From assembly GCA_045589515.1 (NCBI GenBank), contig JAZNPH010000045.1, positions 5,560 to 69,559 of the forward strand: DNA of 64,000 nucleotides, written 5' to 3'. This DNA comes from Eubacteriales bacterium. GTDB taxonomy: Bacteria; Bacillota; Clostridia; Oscillospirales; CAG-382. Shown piece after piece: positions 46,142 through 55,197 of the stretch; position 1 is the first letter of the stretch; every line of letters starts with the position of its first letter. The position numbers and the translations under genes are program-made. The notes beneath the pieces are model-generated. The model had not been told where the DNA came from, made no database searches, and saw only the letters and a program-made list of their open reading frames with translations.

Positions 46142-48019
46142 TTACAGCGCTTTCTTTTTGCGCTTGGTGCAAAGGATCGCCATAGTCATACTGCTCAGAA
46201 GCAGGAGGACTGCGGAGAACAGGGTTTCGGCGGTGTCCCCTGTTGCAGGGATGGATTTGACGGTGATTCTGCCGCAGCCTGTCACGGAGCTGTAGTCGAT
46301 GAGCATAGCGGGGTATTTGGCAAGGAGGGGGGAATTTGCGGCCTTGATCACGCCGTTTTCAAAGGCGGAAACGTAGTTGGCCAGCACCATGTAGTCTTCC
46401 ATAACGTAGTCCAGGACGTTTTCCCCGCCGTTGAGCATGGCAAAGCCGCCGCCCAAATCCCGCAGAGTGTAGTTATAGCCTGCCAAACCGTAGGTGGCGT
46501 TCAGGTCGAGGGGTTGCCAGGTGTTCGTGGCCTTGTCATAGATCTTTACGTCACGGACGCGGTATTCCGCGGGGCCTTGCACCCAAACGTCCAGATCATC
46601 CGCTACGGTGGTATTGGGGATGGCTGTATTGACAGTGTAGGTCACGCCGGAGACGTGGAGGAAGCTTCCGTTTTCCGCTTCCCCTGCGAAGCGGGCGCCC
46701 CATTCCAGCATATCCAGAATTTGCTGTCCGTTGACACGCAACAGGCAGGCAACGTTGCCAAAGGGGTGGATGTCCTTGCAGGTCTTGTAGGTCAGGTCGC
46801 CTGTGAGGGCTTGATTGCGGACACCGCCGCCGTTCATCACGGCAATATCTACGTCCAGCCCCATATCGTCGAAGAGGTAATAGAGAGCGTCTGCGGCGAG
46901 GTCGCCGGAGTTGGTCTCCACCATGCGCACCAGGCGGTTGCCCTCGGCGTCGTAGTTATCAAAGGTGATCTCAGAGGAACCGATTTTCTGACCCAGTTGT
47001 TGGTCAATGGTTTGCATCCAGGTGTTTTTGATCTCCGCAACGGCGGTGTCGGAAAGGAGGGTGCTTTGGTAAAGCTCGGAGGTAAGGGTACCGCTTTCGG
47101 GGTCGTATTCGATGAAATCGGTGGTGATCTCCCCTGTTTCGGAGTCAATGATCATCATGCCGATACGGTTGAAGTATTCCCCTGTTTGGGTAAGGAGGAC
47201 GGAGTTGCCGTCCTTGTCGGTGACGGTCTGCCCTTTCATCACGGTGTGAGAATGGCCGTCGATGAAGGCGTCCAGACCGCTGACTGCGGCAATGGTGGCC
47301 TGGCTCGTCCAAGGCCCCGAGGAGGCGTCTACACCCAAGTGTCCCAGGGCAATGACTTTGGTTGCACCGGCGGCTTTGGCATCGTTGACAGCCGTTTGGA
47401 CGTCCCTGTGCAGGTCGGCTCCGTCGTCACCGCCTGCGATGCCGTAGATGAAGCTCCCGTTTTCGTCTTGAAAATACGCAGGAGAGGATTTGGAGAAGGT
47501 TTCGGGGGTGGTGATACCCACGAAGGCGACGGTCTCTTCCCCGCAGGGGAACAGGACGAAGCTTTCCAGAACGTTTTCTCTGCGGATGCCGTCTTTTTCA
47601 TGATAAAAATTGCATGAAAGATAAGGAAACTCCGCCAGCGAGATTGCGTTGAGACAGCCCTGCATTTTGTAGTCGAATTCGTGGTTGCCCAACGTGGCCA
47701 CGTCGTACGCGGCGGCGTTCATCAGTCGGAGGATGGTCTCCCCTTGATCCATGGCGCCGTAGGCCGTGCCCTGGATGTGATCCCCCGCATCCGCCAGCAG
47801 AACGTAGCGGTAGCGAGTCTGCAGATCCTGCTTTACAGCGGCGATGACGTCGTAGCTCAGTTCGCCGTCGATGTAGGTATGTATATCGTTGGTGTAGAGG
47901 ATCACCACGTCTTCGGAAAGCTGTGCTTCCTCGGCCTGCACAGCCGTAGGAAGGAGGGTGATGAGCAGGAATGCGCACAAGAAAACGCTCAATACTCTGA
48001 TCGTTGATGGTTGTTTCAT
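46142..48019 (-). CDS. secreted bifunctional metallophosphatase/5'-nucleotidase with a C-terminal sortase-type sorting signal
   Basis: Signal peptide ...TAVQA|EE, metallophosphatase motifs (YTNDIHTY, GDHIQG, GNHEFD), a 5'-nucleotidase C-domain. C-terminus IPATGD plus hydrophobic helix plus KRKKK. Confidence 0.88.
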   Translation of the reverse strand: MKQPSTIRVLSVFLCAFLLITLLPTAVQAEEAQLSEDVVILYTNDIHTYIDGELSYDVIAAVKQDLQTRYRYVLLADAGDHIQGTAYGAMDQGETILRLMNAAAYDVATLGNHEFDYKMQGCLNAISLAEFPYLSCNFYHEKDGIRRENVLESFVLFPCGEETVAFVGITTPETFSKSSPAYFQDENGSFIYGIAGGDDGADLHRDVQTAVNDAKAAGATKVIALGHLGVDASSGPWTSQATIAAVSGLDAFIDGHSHTVMKGQTVTDKDGNSVLLTQTGEYFNRIGMMIIDSETGEITTDFIEYDPESGTLTSELYQSTLLSDTAVAEIKNTWMQTIDQQLGQKIGSSEITFDNYDAEGNRLVRMVETNSGDLAADALYYLFDDMGLDVDIAVMNGGGVRNQALTGDLTYKTCKDIHPFGNVACLLRVNGQQILDMLEWGARFAGEAENGSFLHVSGVTYTVNTAIPNTTVADDLDVWVQGPAEYRVRDVKIYDKATNTWQPLDLNATYGLAGYNYTLRDLGGGFAMLNGGENVLDYVMEDYMVLANYVSAFENGVIKAANSPLLAKYPAMLIDYSSVTGCGRITVKSIPATGDTAETLFSAVLLLLSSMTMAILCTKRKKKAL

Positions 48020-48116
48020 AAATACCTCCTGTGGGAATATGGATCTATGGTTTTATTCTACTCGGTTATGGCGAGAAATGCAAGAGTTTTTTGAAAAAAA
48101 CCGAATGCGGTTTCGA

Positions 48117-48160
48117 TAAAAAACGACCCGCTTACCATTTGGTAAAACAGGTCGTTTTTC
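48117..48160 (-). terminator. intrinsic terminator at the end of the SipW/giant-protein locus
   Basis: Minus strand: aaaacgacc...ggtcgtttt stem with the nested ttacc/ggtaa pair, followed by ttatcg. A second small hairpin aaaccg-catt-cggttt plus a T-run lies just downstream. Confidence 0.65.
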
Positions 48161-48162
48161 GG

Positions 48163-51100
48163 TTATTGGATCAAGAAATAATACTCGGCCTCCGCCACGG
48201 TGATCAAGCCCTGCTCGGCGGTCAAAACCAAGCAATAGCTGTTCGCAGAGTTACCTGCAAGAGAAATCTCCAGCTCTACGGTGTGTGCAATGAAATCCTT
48301 CGTGTCGATCTTTCTGGTGACGGCGGTACTGCTGTAGGTGCCGTCCTCGCTCTTGACCATCAGAACCAGCTCCAGCTCATGAGTGGGAGGCAGGTCTGCC
48401 CAGGAGACGGTTACCACAGCGGTAGCACCCACCTCATACAGCTTTTTGTCGGCGGTGATCTTCAGAGAAACGTTTTCACTGCGCACCGCTTTCAGCTTGA
48501 GCTCGGCGGAACGGAGAAGCTCGCCGTTCATGGGAGAGCCTTCCGCACGGGAGTTGGAGGAGCGCCATTCCACAGTGAATTGGTATTCCGTCTCGGTCTC
48601 GGGGAGTAGCCCGGATACCAGAGTGACGGTGATGAAGCCGCCGCCCTGCAGCATGGGATACACAAATTCTCCGTTGCTGTTGGCGTAGATCTCGGTGGTG
48701 GCTTCCCCGTTCTTCACCAAAAGGTGAGCGTCCGCGGGAAGGGTGACTCCGGATTGCGGGATGAATACCAGAGCTTCATCGCGGTTTTTCCACTTGGAGG
48801 CAATTCCCGCAGAGGGAGTGTAGATATAGTCAAGCTCGCCGTAATTCCCAGTAGCCGACAAGGTGTAGGAGGGTGCATCCTTTAAGGAGGTAACTGCCTG
48901 TTCCTGAACGTTTGCCGCACCGGAAGCGTCAGCCTTGTCTGCCGTAAGGGCGGTGGTCAAGGTATCCCCTGCCACGGTGCTGTCCGCGCGGGAGAAGTCT
49001 ACCACAAACTGCAGATTCAACGAGCCGTTTCCGTATGAGAATTTGATCTCTTCCGTGCCGAGGCGGACAAAGGAGGTCAGCTCCAGCGACGAATAGCCGG
49101 AAGCATCTGCCCAATAGTAAATGCCGGTGTTGCGATCCAACATCAGAACCGTGGTTCCGGTAGGAAGGGCGGCACTGAACATCAGCTTTATCGCCTTGTA
49201 CTCGGTGCTGTCGTAGTTGTCCACGTCAAAATAGACGGTGAAAGCGGAATCGCGGCTGATGGTTGCGGTGTCCGTGGTCACGGTTCCGAAGACCTGGTCC
49301 TCGGTGACCTTGGAGGAGACGGTCATCAGCTTTTTGGCGTCGGAAATGGTGATGGTGATGGTACAATCGGCGGGAATGTTATTGATCACATAGACCCCAA
49401 CAGAACCGTTTGGTGTAAGCACCGCTTCGCGGTCGTCCAAACCCTCGGTTTCTGTTTGAATGGTTACCGCATGCCCTATGGGATAGAAATAGCCGCTCTG
49501 CAAGGTATATTGCAAAGTGATACCGTTTTCCAGATTCGTGCCGTTGGCTTTCTCAAGGGTATATTGGATCCCCTCTCCGCAAATGACCTCCACCTTCACG
49601 TTACCGGTAAAGAAATATACGCTGTCCGCCGCTATTTGGGGAGAGGCGTTGTAGTTTGCCCCCTCGCTGTAGCGGGCGTAGATATAGTAGTTGGTCAGAG
49701 CGACGTTCAGCTCAAATTTGGCGGCATAGCCACCTTCAAGATCGCTTCCCTTGATCCATTCGGTAGAATACTCGACGCCGTTCGCGTAATACACCACGCG
49801 GTACTCGGCGTAGGAATCGTAACCGTCAGTGCCCGTCAAAGGAGAATTGGGAACGGGATATACCGAAAGAATCGAGCCGTCTGCGTCAATATTTGCATCG
49901 AACTTGGGTTTTTCGGCAGGTGCAGACTGGTCGGCCTTGGCGATGGTATAGGTGACGGATGCGGTACAATCTCCCGCCGTTACGGAGGCGGTGTAGGTTC
50001 CCGCGTACTTGGGAATACCAACATCCGTATCCCCTTGCCGATAGGTAACGGGCAGGCTCCAGGAGGAAGAACAGTAAACGCGGACGGGATGCTCCGCCTT
50101 GTCGTATACGGTGTTTTCCGCCGTCAGGGTGATCTGCTCGCTGTATCCGCCGCACTCACAGTCTCTGCGGAGAGTTCCGCCGTTTGCGGAATAGGTATAG
50201 GTATGGGTTTCGGGGTTATGGTCGCATTTTTGCCAAACGGCGTACAGGGTCACTACCTCGCCTTTTTTGGTGGTCAGGTTGGTGACCGTATCTTGATCTC
50301 CGTACTCCACTCCGCCGTCGGGGGTAGTGGACCAGCCTTGGAACAGATAACCGGGACGCGCGAATTGATTGGCGTCCAATTGAGTGGGCATGTCGTAGGT
50401 AAAGTTGACGCTGGGCATATTGCCGGAGTAGGTCTCCCCTGCAGGCACGTTGGGATCGTAGATCACGGTGTAGCCGTTGGGTTCCCAAATGGCATACAGG
50501 ATCAAGTCGCCGATAGGCTCTCCGTCGAACGTGTAGACCGACGAGACGTTAAACCAACCGGTTGCCTCACCCGGGTGCATCCCATACTCGTAGTCATCCA
50601 AGGGATCGTCGCTTTTGCCGGAGGAGGTGTTCCAGCCCTTGATGGTATAGCCGGGGTGGCTGTAGATGTTACCGCTGATGGTTACCTTGGAACCGATTAC
50701 TATCTCCAAAGACTTATACTGTCCGGTGGTGACGTTGGTGATGGGGTCGGTGAAGTTCTCGTAATAGTGGAGCTTGTAATACGCTTTCGTAATACGGTGG
50801 TCCTCGAAGTAGTCCCCCTCTTTTTTGATGTCGACGGTGATGACGTCCGAAATACGGGGGTTGGTCATATCACCCCACAGATCCATCTGACCGCCGGTGA
50901 CGTAAATGGAGTTCTCTACGTGGGTGTTGCCGAAGTTGGAATCCTGCTTTTCTTCATCCTGATGCTGAGAGGTGGTCACGGTGACCTTACCGCCGTCCAC
51001 TCTCATGAAATCGCTTTGACCATTGTCGGCGTTGGCGCTACTGCCTTTTTCCTCCAAGCAGTAGAGGTTCAGCACCGTGGAGGTATTACCGGTGACGTAC

Positions 51101-53751
51101 ACACCGCCGCCGGAAGCCAAAGAGGAATTGTATTTGATCACGGGACAGGTAACTGCATCGGCGCGGCCGTGGGGAACGTCCGAAAGCTTATTGCCATCGT
51201 CATCCACGTGCCTCTTATTGACGCCTACCGTTACCTCGATCTTCTCGGTGCCGTCTTGTGCGCCCACAACGGCCAAAGCACCGCCGTTACCGGTGGCTTC
51301 GTTATCGCTGACAGAACCGCTGTAAACGTTAACCGTTACATTTTGATCGTTTGCGCTGACGTAGATGCCGCCGCCCATACCGTTTTGGGCAGTGTTGCCG
51401 TCCACGTTACCGCCGGTCATTTGGTAGTTACCGTTGTTGACAGCGATACCGCCGCCGCTGTTCTGCGCCGTGTTGGCAGAAATGCTGCCGTTGGTAACCT
51501 CGACGTCGCCGCCGTTGATATAGGCACCGCCGCCATTCTCGGATGCGGAGTTGCCTGTGATGCTACCGCCGTTGACGGTAAATTTGCCGCCGCCAAGGTA
51601 GACACCGCCGCCGTTTTGTGCAGCGGAATTGGCTTTGATCTCGCCGCCTTCAACGGTCATTTCGCCGCCGCCAAGGTAGACACCGCCGCCGTTTTGGGTG
51701 GAGGAGCAGCCTTTGATCACGGCTTCCCCGGAGATGGTACAAGTGCCTGCGGTCATGTAGATCGCGCCGCCGTTTTCAGCCGCACAATTTTGAATGGTAC
51801 CGCCGGAAATCTCTACGGTTCCTCGGGAATCGTTCATATACACGGCGCCGCCGTTTTGCTGGGCATAAATAAACTGAGAAGTATCGCCTGTATCCACGCT
51901 ATGGAGGGTACCGCCTGTCATTATAAAGCTACAAGGCTGGGTGCCACCTTCCGACATCAGGAACTGGCCGCTGATATCGCCGCCGGAAATATCTGCTTTT
52001 GCGTAGCCAAGGCTACCCTCGGTATTTAAAGTATCACCGCCGCCGATGGAACCGGTTTTGATGACACCGTCGGTAACGTATACTTCTGCCGCACCGCCGT
52101 TACCGCCGGTACCACCTTTGCCGCCACCGATGGAAGCGGCTGTTAAGGAGCCTCCGTTGATCTTCACGGTAGCATCGCCGCCGTTGCCTATCTCGTTTCC
52201 GGCACCGCCGCCGATGGAACCGCCGACAGTCATGGTGCCTCCCTTGACGGTAATGGTTGCGCTGCCTCCATTGCCGGATTGACTCAGGCCACCGCCGATG
52301 CCGCCGGAAAGCGTAACGTTTGCCGTTCCGGAAATCGTTACGTCCGCGCTACCGCCCACACCGCTGGCACTGTCGCCGCCGCCAATGGAGCTGGCGATCA
52401 CAGTTCCGCCGGAAATGTTGATGGTCGCTTTACCGCCTGTAGAAGTTGAGCTGTTGCCGCCGCCGATGCCGTTGCCGAAGGTACCGTAGGCTTCCACATA
52501 GCCACCCTTGATCGTGACGGTACCGGTGGCGCCGCCGGCATTAAAGGAGCTTCCGGAGCCGATGGCAACACCGCCTACCACCTTATCATATGGCTTGTCC
52601 GGGGAGGTAATATTTGAACCATTAACATAGATCTTGCCATGGTTTTTTGCGTACACTTTGCCGCCGGTAATGGTAATATTGGAAGTGCCACCGGCACTGA
52701 ACCAACCGATGCCGCCTCCAATAGCCGCCCCTGTTCCATTGCAATGGGCGATGACCTCACCACCGGAAATCGTCATGGTACAAGACCCGTTTCCGCCGGC
52801 ACCGATGGCGGTACAGTTCTCCGCATAGGTGGTCAAGACCTGCAATTTGCCACCTGCGATCTCTAAGTTGGTTACGTTTGATACGCTGTCGTTTCCGCCA
52901 ATACCGGAATTCCAATGGTTATAGCTGGCGTTAGAGTTAACAAACGCATCGATCTGATCCTCAGGCACCTTTACAGGAATATATAAAGAGCCTCCGTCGA
53001 TTGCACCGTCGCCATTAATATCCGTGATTTTCAAGGAAGAACCGGCTGCATTACCCTGCGTATAATAATGAATCGCTCGAACAATGTTTTCGCCCTTCAA
53101 ACGCAAGATTACCTTTTTTGCCAAGGACTGATTTCCCGGCTGCATATCAATCGTTCCCTGAGCGTAGCTTGCCACATAGGACGTATTCGGAACGTGACCG
53201 CTTTTTGACGGACTTCCTAAATGGATGCCGGAAAGAGTAACGTCAAAGGGATCGGCAACCGCTCCGGTAAATTGAATGGTATTGGTTGAATAAGAAGAGA
53301 CGTCACTTTGTGTGATGACGTAGATATTGGAAGCTGCATGAGTTCCGGTAACAGCTCCCCCATTACCGGAGTAAGTGGCACCCAGGGTAACGCTTCCCTT
53401 GGAAAGGTCGAAGACCACCAGCTTTCCGATGGGGCCGACGGGATCGCTTTCCGTGCCGTTGGCTTTGACGCGAATGTATTTTCCCTCGTCGACGGCGGTG
53501 ATGTCATAATAGAAGTCGTTGGCACCGCTAATGTCGGCAAAGGTCCCGTCTACAGTGTCTGCTCTCTGCCACTGATAAGAAGCAGAGGAAGCTTCGGTTT
53601 TAGCTACCAAACGGGAACCGTTGGGCAAAACGGTCACGGGAGAGGCCGCCCATACGAATACTACGAAGAAAGATAAAACAAAGACGCTTACAACAAAAAG
53701 CAGACCCACTGCATAAAGGAGATGAGCGTTTTTTACGTTGTTCTTTTTCAT
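48163..53751 (-). CDS. giant secreted surface protein (1862 aa): signal peptide, Gly-rich and parallel beta-helix (PMP-like) repeats, two Listeria-Bacteroides-type repeats, C-terminal region shared with the 1513-aa paralogue
   Basis: Signal ...VFVWA|AS. Repeats SIGGG..., NGGGVYLGGG.., NGGAIYM, NGGALAV. GYTIKGWNTS...LYAIWE and GYLFQGWSTTPDG...LYAVWQ are Flg_new/List_Bact-type repeats. No LPXTG, SLH or C-terminal TM. Confidence 0.8.
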   Translation of the reverse strand: MKKNNVKNAHLLYAVGLLFVVSVFVLSFFVVFVWAASPVTVLPNGSRLVAKTEASSASYQWQRADTVDGTFADISGANDFYYDITAVDEGKYIRVKANGTESDPVGPIGKLVVFDLSKGSVTLGATYSGNGGAVTGTHAASNIYVITQSDVSSYSTNTIQFTGAVADPFDVTLSGIHLGSPSKSGHVPNTSYVASYAQGTIDMQPGNQSLAKKVILRLKGENIVRAIHYYTQGNAAGSSLKITDINGDGAIDGGSLYIPVKVPEDQIDAFVNSNASYNHWNSGIGGNDSVSNVTNLEIAGGKLQVLTTYAENCTAIGAGGNGSCTMTISGGEVIAHCNGTGAAIGGGIGWFSAGGTSNITITGGKVYAKNHGKIYVNGSNITSPDKPYDKVVGGVAIGSGSSFNAGGATGTVTIKGGYVEAYGTFGNGIGGGNSSTSTGGKATINISGGTVIASSIGGGDSASGVGGSADVTISGTANVTLSGGIGGGLSQSGNGGSATITVKGGTMTVGGSIGGGAGNEIGNGGDATVKINGGSLTAASIGGGKGGTGGNGGAAEVYVTDGVIKTGSIGGGDTLNTEGSLGYAKADISGGDISGQFLMSEGGTQPCSFIMTGGTLHSVDTGDTSQFIYAQQNGGAVYMNDSRGTVEISGGTIQNCAAENGGAIYMTAGTCTISGEAVIKGCSSTQNGGGVYLGGGEMTVEGGEIKANSAAQNGGGVYLGGGKFTVNGGSITGNSASENGGGAYINGGDVEVTNGSISANTAQNSGGGIAVNNGNYQMTGGNVDGNTAQNGMGGGIYVSANDQNVTVNVYSGSVSDNEATGNGGALAVVGAQDGTEKIEVTVGVNKRHVDDDGNKLSDVPHGRADAVTCPVIKYNSSLASGGGVYVTGNTSTVLNLYCLEEKGSSANADNGQSDFMRVDGGKVTVTTSQHQDEEKQDSNFGNTHVENSIYVTGGQMDLWGDMTNPRISDVITVDIKKEGDYFEDHRITKAYYKLHYYENFTDPITNVTTGQYKSLEIVIGSKVTISGNIYSHPGYTIKGWNTSSGKSDDPLDDYEYGMHPGEATGWFNVSSVYTFDGEPIGDLILYAIWEPNGYTVIYDPNVPAGETYSGNMPSVNFTYDMPTQLDANQFARPGYLFQGWSTTPDGGVEYGDQDTVTNLTTKKGEVVTLYAVWQKCDHNPETHTYTYSANGGTLRRDCECGGYSEQITLTAENTVYDKAEHPVRVYCSSSWSLPVTYRQGDTDVGIPKYAGTYTASVTAGDCTASVTYTIAKADQSAPAEKPKFDANIDADGSILSVYPVPNSPLTGTDGYDSYAEYRVVYYANGVEYSTEWIKGSDLEGGYAAKFELNVALTNYYIYARYSEGANYNASPQIAADSVYFFTGNVKVEVICGEGIQYTLEKANGTNLENGITLQYTLQSGYFYPIGHAVTIQTETEGLDDREAVLTPNGSVGVYVINNIPADCTITITISDAKKLMTVSSKVTEDQVFGTVTTDTATISRDSAFTVYFDVDNYDSTEYKAIKLMFSAALPTGTTVLMLDRNTGIYYWADASGYSSLELTSFVRLGTEEIKFSYGNGSLNLQFVVDFSRADSTVAGDTLTTALTADKADASGAANVQEQAVTSLKDAPSYTLSATGNYGELDYIYTPSAGIASKWKNRDEALVFIPQSGVTLPADAHLLVKNGEATTEIYANSNGEFVYPMLQGGGFITVTLVSGLLPETETEYQFTVEWRSSNSRAEGSPMNGELLRSAELKLKAVRSENVSLKITADKKLYEVGATAVVTVSWADLPPTHELELVLMVKSEDGTYSSTAVTRKIDTKDFIAHTVELEISLAGNSANSYCLVLTAEQGLITVAEAEYYFLIQ
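51586..51696 (-). repeat. 78-nt in-frame tandem repeat inside the beta-helix region (33-nt core identical)
   Basis: gccgccgccaaggtagacaccgccgccgttttg occurs at 51586-51618 and again at 51664-51696. It encodes NGGGVYLGGG(E/K)(M/F)TV(E/N)GG(E/S)I... 26-aa units. Confidence 0.8.
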
Positions 53752-53766
53752 AGTGCGTCTCTCCTT

Positions 53767-54588
53767 TTATGATGATAGGTCTTCTTTCTTGGCAATGTAT
53801 ATACCGTCGATGGTAATGATGAAATCTTCTATGGTATAGTTTTCGGGGTTGTCCACAAAGAAGCGGTAGGTATAGGAAGAATAGTTCTTGGTGAAGTTTG
53901 CGCTGTCTTTAAAAGAAATTGCTTGATAGGCGCCGTCTTTATAGTTATAGATCTCCCGCAGGGCGGGGTCGGTATTGTCGGGAATCAAGCCTGCTTTATC
54001 GCAGGAGACATACAGGGCACCTGCCACATTCTCCGTCCACACCGTAAGCAGGACGTAGGCGCTGTGAGAGGTATCCAGGTGTTTATACACGTTTTCCGCT
54101 TGGTCGGAAACGCGGAATTCTGCAGTCAAGGTCTGTTCGTAGCCTGCTTCTCCTGTGGCAACCACCGTATAGGTATTCCCCTTTTGGAGCTCCGACAGGG
54201 TGATGGTAACAGAAGACAGCTCGTTCCCCTTCAAGGTTCCGCCGGATACGCTGAGGGTGGGAGCGGGGGTCTGCTCTTCCTTGCAGGTCACGGACAGGGT
54301 GTAGGTTATATCGTCCTCGGAAAAACGCAGTTTGTCGATATGGTTTTCCAGAGTAAAAGTAACCGAGGTGGAGGTTGCATTCAGGACGTACTCTCCCTTG
54401 GTCTCTTTTAAAAGATTGCTGGTGAAGTAAAACTCCTTGGCATCAAACAGGTTTTCACCTTCGTTGGAATGGATATACTTGGCGAAAACACCGCCAAGGA
54501 TGGCCATCAGCACCACCGCCAGAACGCCGGTGATGATGTATTTGCGCTGAGAAAAGAACTTGTTATGGGATTTGCTTTGCTTTTCCAT
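53767..54588 (-). CDS. medium (273 aa) secreted protein with SipW-cognate-like N-terminus; paralogue of 59775..60521
   Basis: ...YIITGVLAVVLMAILGGVFAKYIHSNEGENLFDAKEFYFTSNLL. Shares FY..S(D/N)LL, LR.SE and PDNTDP motifs with the 248-aa protein. Start at 54588 (MEKQSK) is preceded by AAAGGAGA. Confidence 0.6.
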   Translation of the reverse strand: MEKQSKSHNKFFSQRKYIITGVLAVVLMAILGGVFAKYIHSNEGENLFDAKEFYFTSNLLKETKGEYVLNATSTSVTFTLENHIDKLRFSEDDITYTLSVTCKEEQTPAPTLSVSGGTLKGNELSSVTITLSELQKGNTYTVVATGEAGYEQTLTAEFRVSDQAENVYKHLDTSHSAYVLLTVWTENVAGALYVSCDKAGLIPDNTDPALREIYNYKDGAYQAISFKDSANFTKNYSSYTYRFFVDNPENYTIEDFIITIDGIYIAKKEDLSS

Positions 54589-54605
54589 CGGCAAGTCTCC
54601 TTTCG

Positions 54606-55097
54606 TCAATCTACCTGATGGGCTTCAATGAGAATCTCCACCAGATCTACCATGCCCATATATTCCAAAGCGCCTTCGGGATCCCAAAAGGCAGTAATGG
54701 TTACGGTGGACTCGGTGTTGGGCTCAATGTAGCAGGTAACCACACACTTCTTTTGAACCGGTTCGGAGCCGTTCACGGAGAACGCATACGGAATATTGCC
54801 GGTTTTGTTTTGGATGGTCACCTTGTAGCCCACGGCGACCTCGCTGTTGTTGGTAACGAGGATCTCTCTTTCAACCGTCCCGGGGACCGCATCAATGGTG
54901 AATTCCGATTGGAATGACGTGGCATTCTCGGAAATGTCAAATTTAGCAACCCGAGCAGAATCCTGCCCCGAGGAGGTGGTTGTGTAGCGGGCGTAAAGTC
55001 CCGAGAGCATGGAGGTGGAAAAGGCCGTCATACACAAAAGAATGAGAGCGAGGCGGATCATGAAATGCCCGATATAAATTCTGTTTTTACCGTTCAT
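54606..55097 (-). CDS. small (163 aa) TasA/camelysin-like candidate fibre subunit with SipW-cognate-like signal
   Basis: MNGKNRIYIGHFMIRLALILLCMTAFSTSMLSGLYARYTTTSSGQDSARVAKFDI... is near-identical in its N-terminus to 60533..61039. Ends ...LIEAHQVD. Confidence 0.6.
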   Translation of the reverse strand: MNGKNRIYIGHFMIRLALILLCMTAFSTSMLSGLYARYTTTSSGQDSARVAKFDISENATSFQSEFTIDAVPGTVEREILVTNNSEVAVGYKVTIQNKTGNIPYAFSVNGSEPVQKKCVVTCYIEPNTESTVTITAFWDPEGALEYMGMVDLVEILIEAHQVD

Positions 55098-55197
55098 TCG
55101 GAAACTACCCCTTTCTCTGATAATGCCTATTTATAGACCTATAGGGACGCGATGGAAAAGATACGCCACGCGTCCCTATGGTAAGCTTTCATTTCGG

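Noticed and set aside
45989-47617. 542-aa + strand ORF opposite the 5'-nucleotidase gene
   Set aside because: It is antisense to a gene with metallophosphatase motifs. The product is Gly/Val/Asp-rich and shows no motifs.
49456-52029. 857-aa ORF on the + strand (plus several 60-120-aa ORFs at 52046-52866) opposite the 1862-aa gene
   Set aside because: This is a shadow ORF. The translation is low-complexity (G/V/A/D-rich), mirrors the Gly/Ala codons of the minus-strand gene, and has no start context. The minus-strand product has coherent domains and a signal peptide.
52996-53022. DINGDGAID in the 1862-aa protein, resembling one Ca-binding loop of a dockerin (a possible partner for the cohesin-like proteins)
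   Set aside because: Only a single loop is present. There is no following helix motif and no duplicated 22-residue segment, so this is insufficient to call a dockerin.
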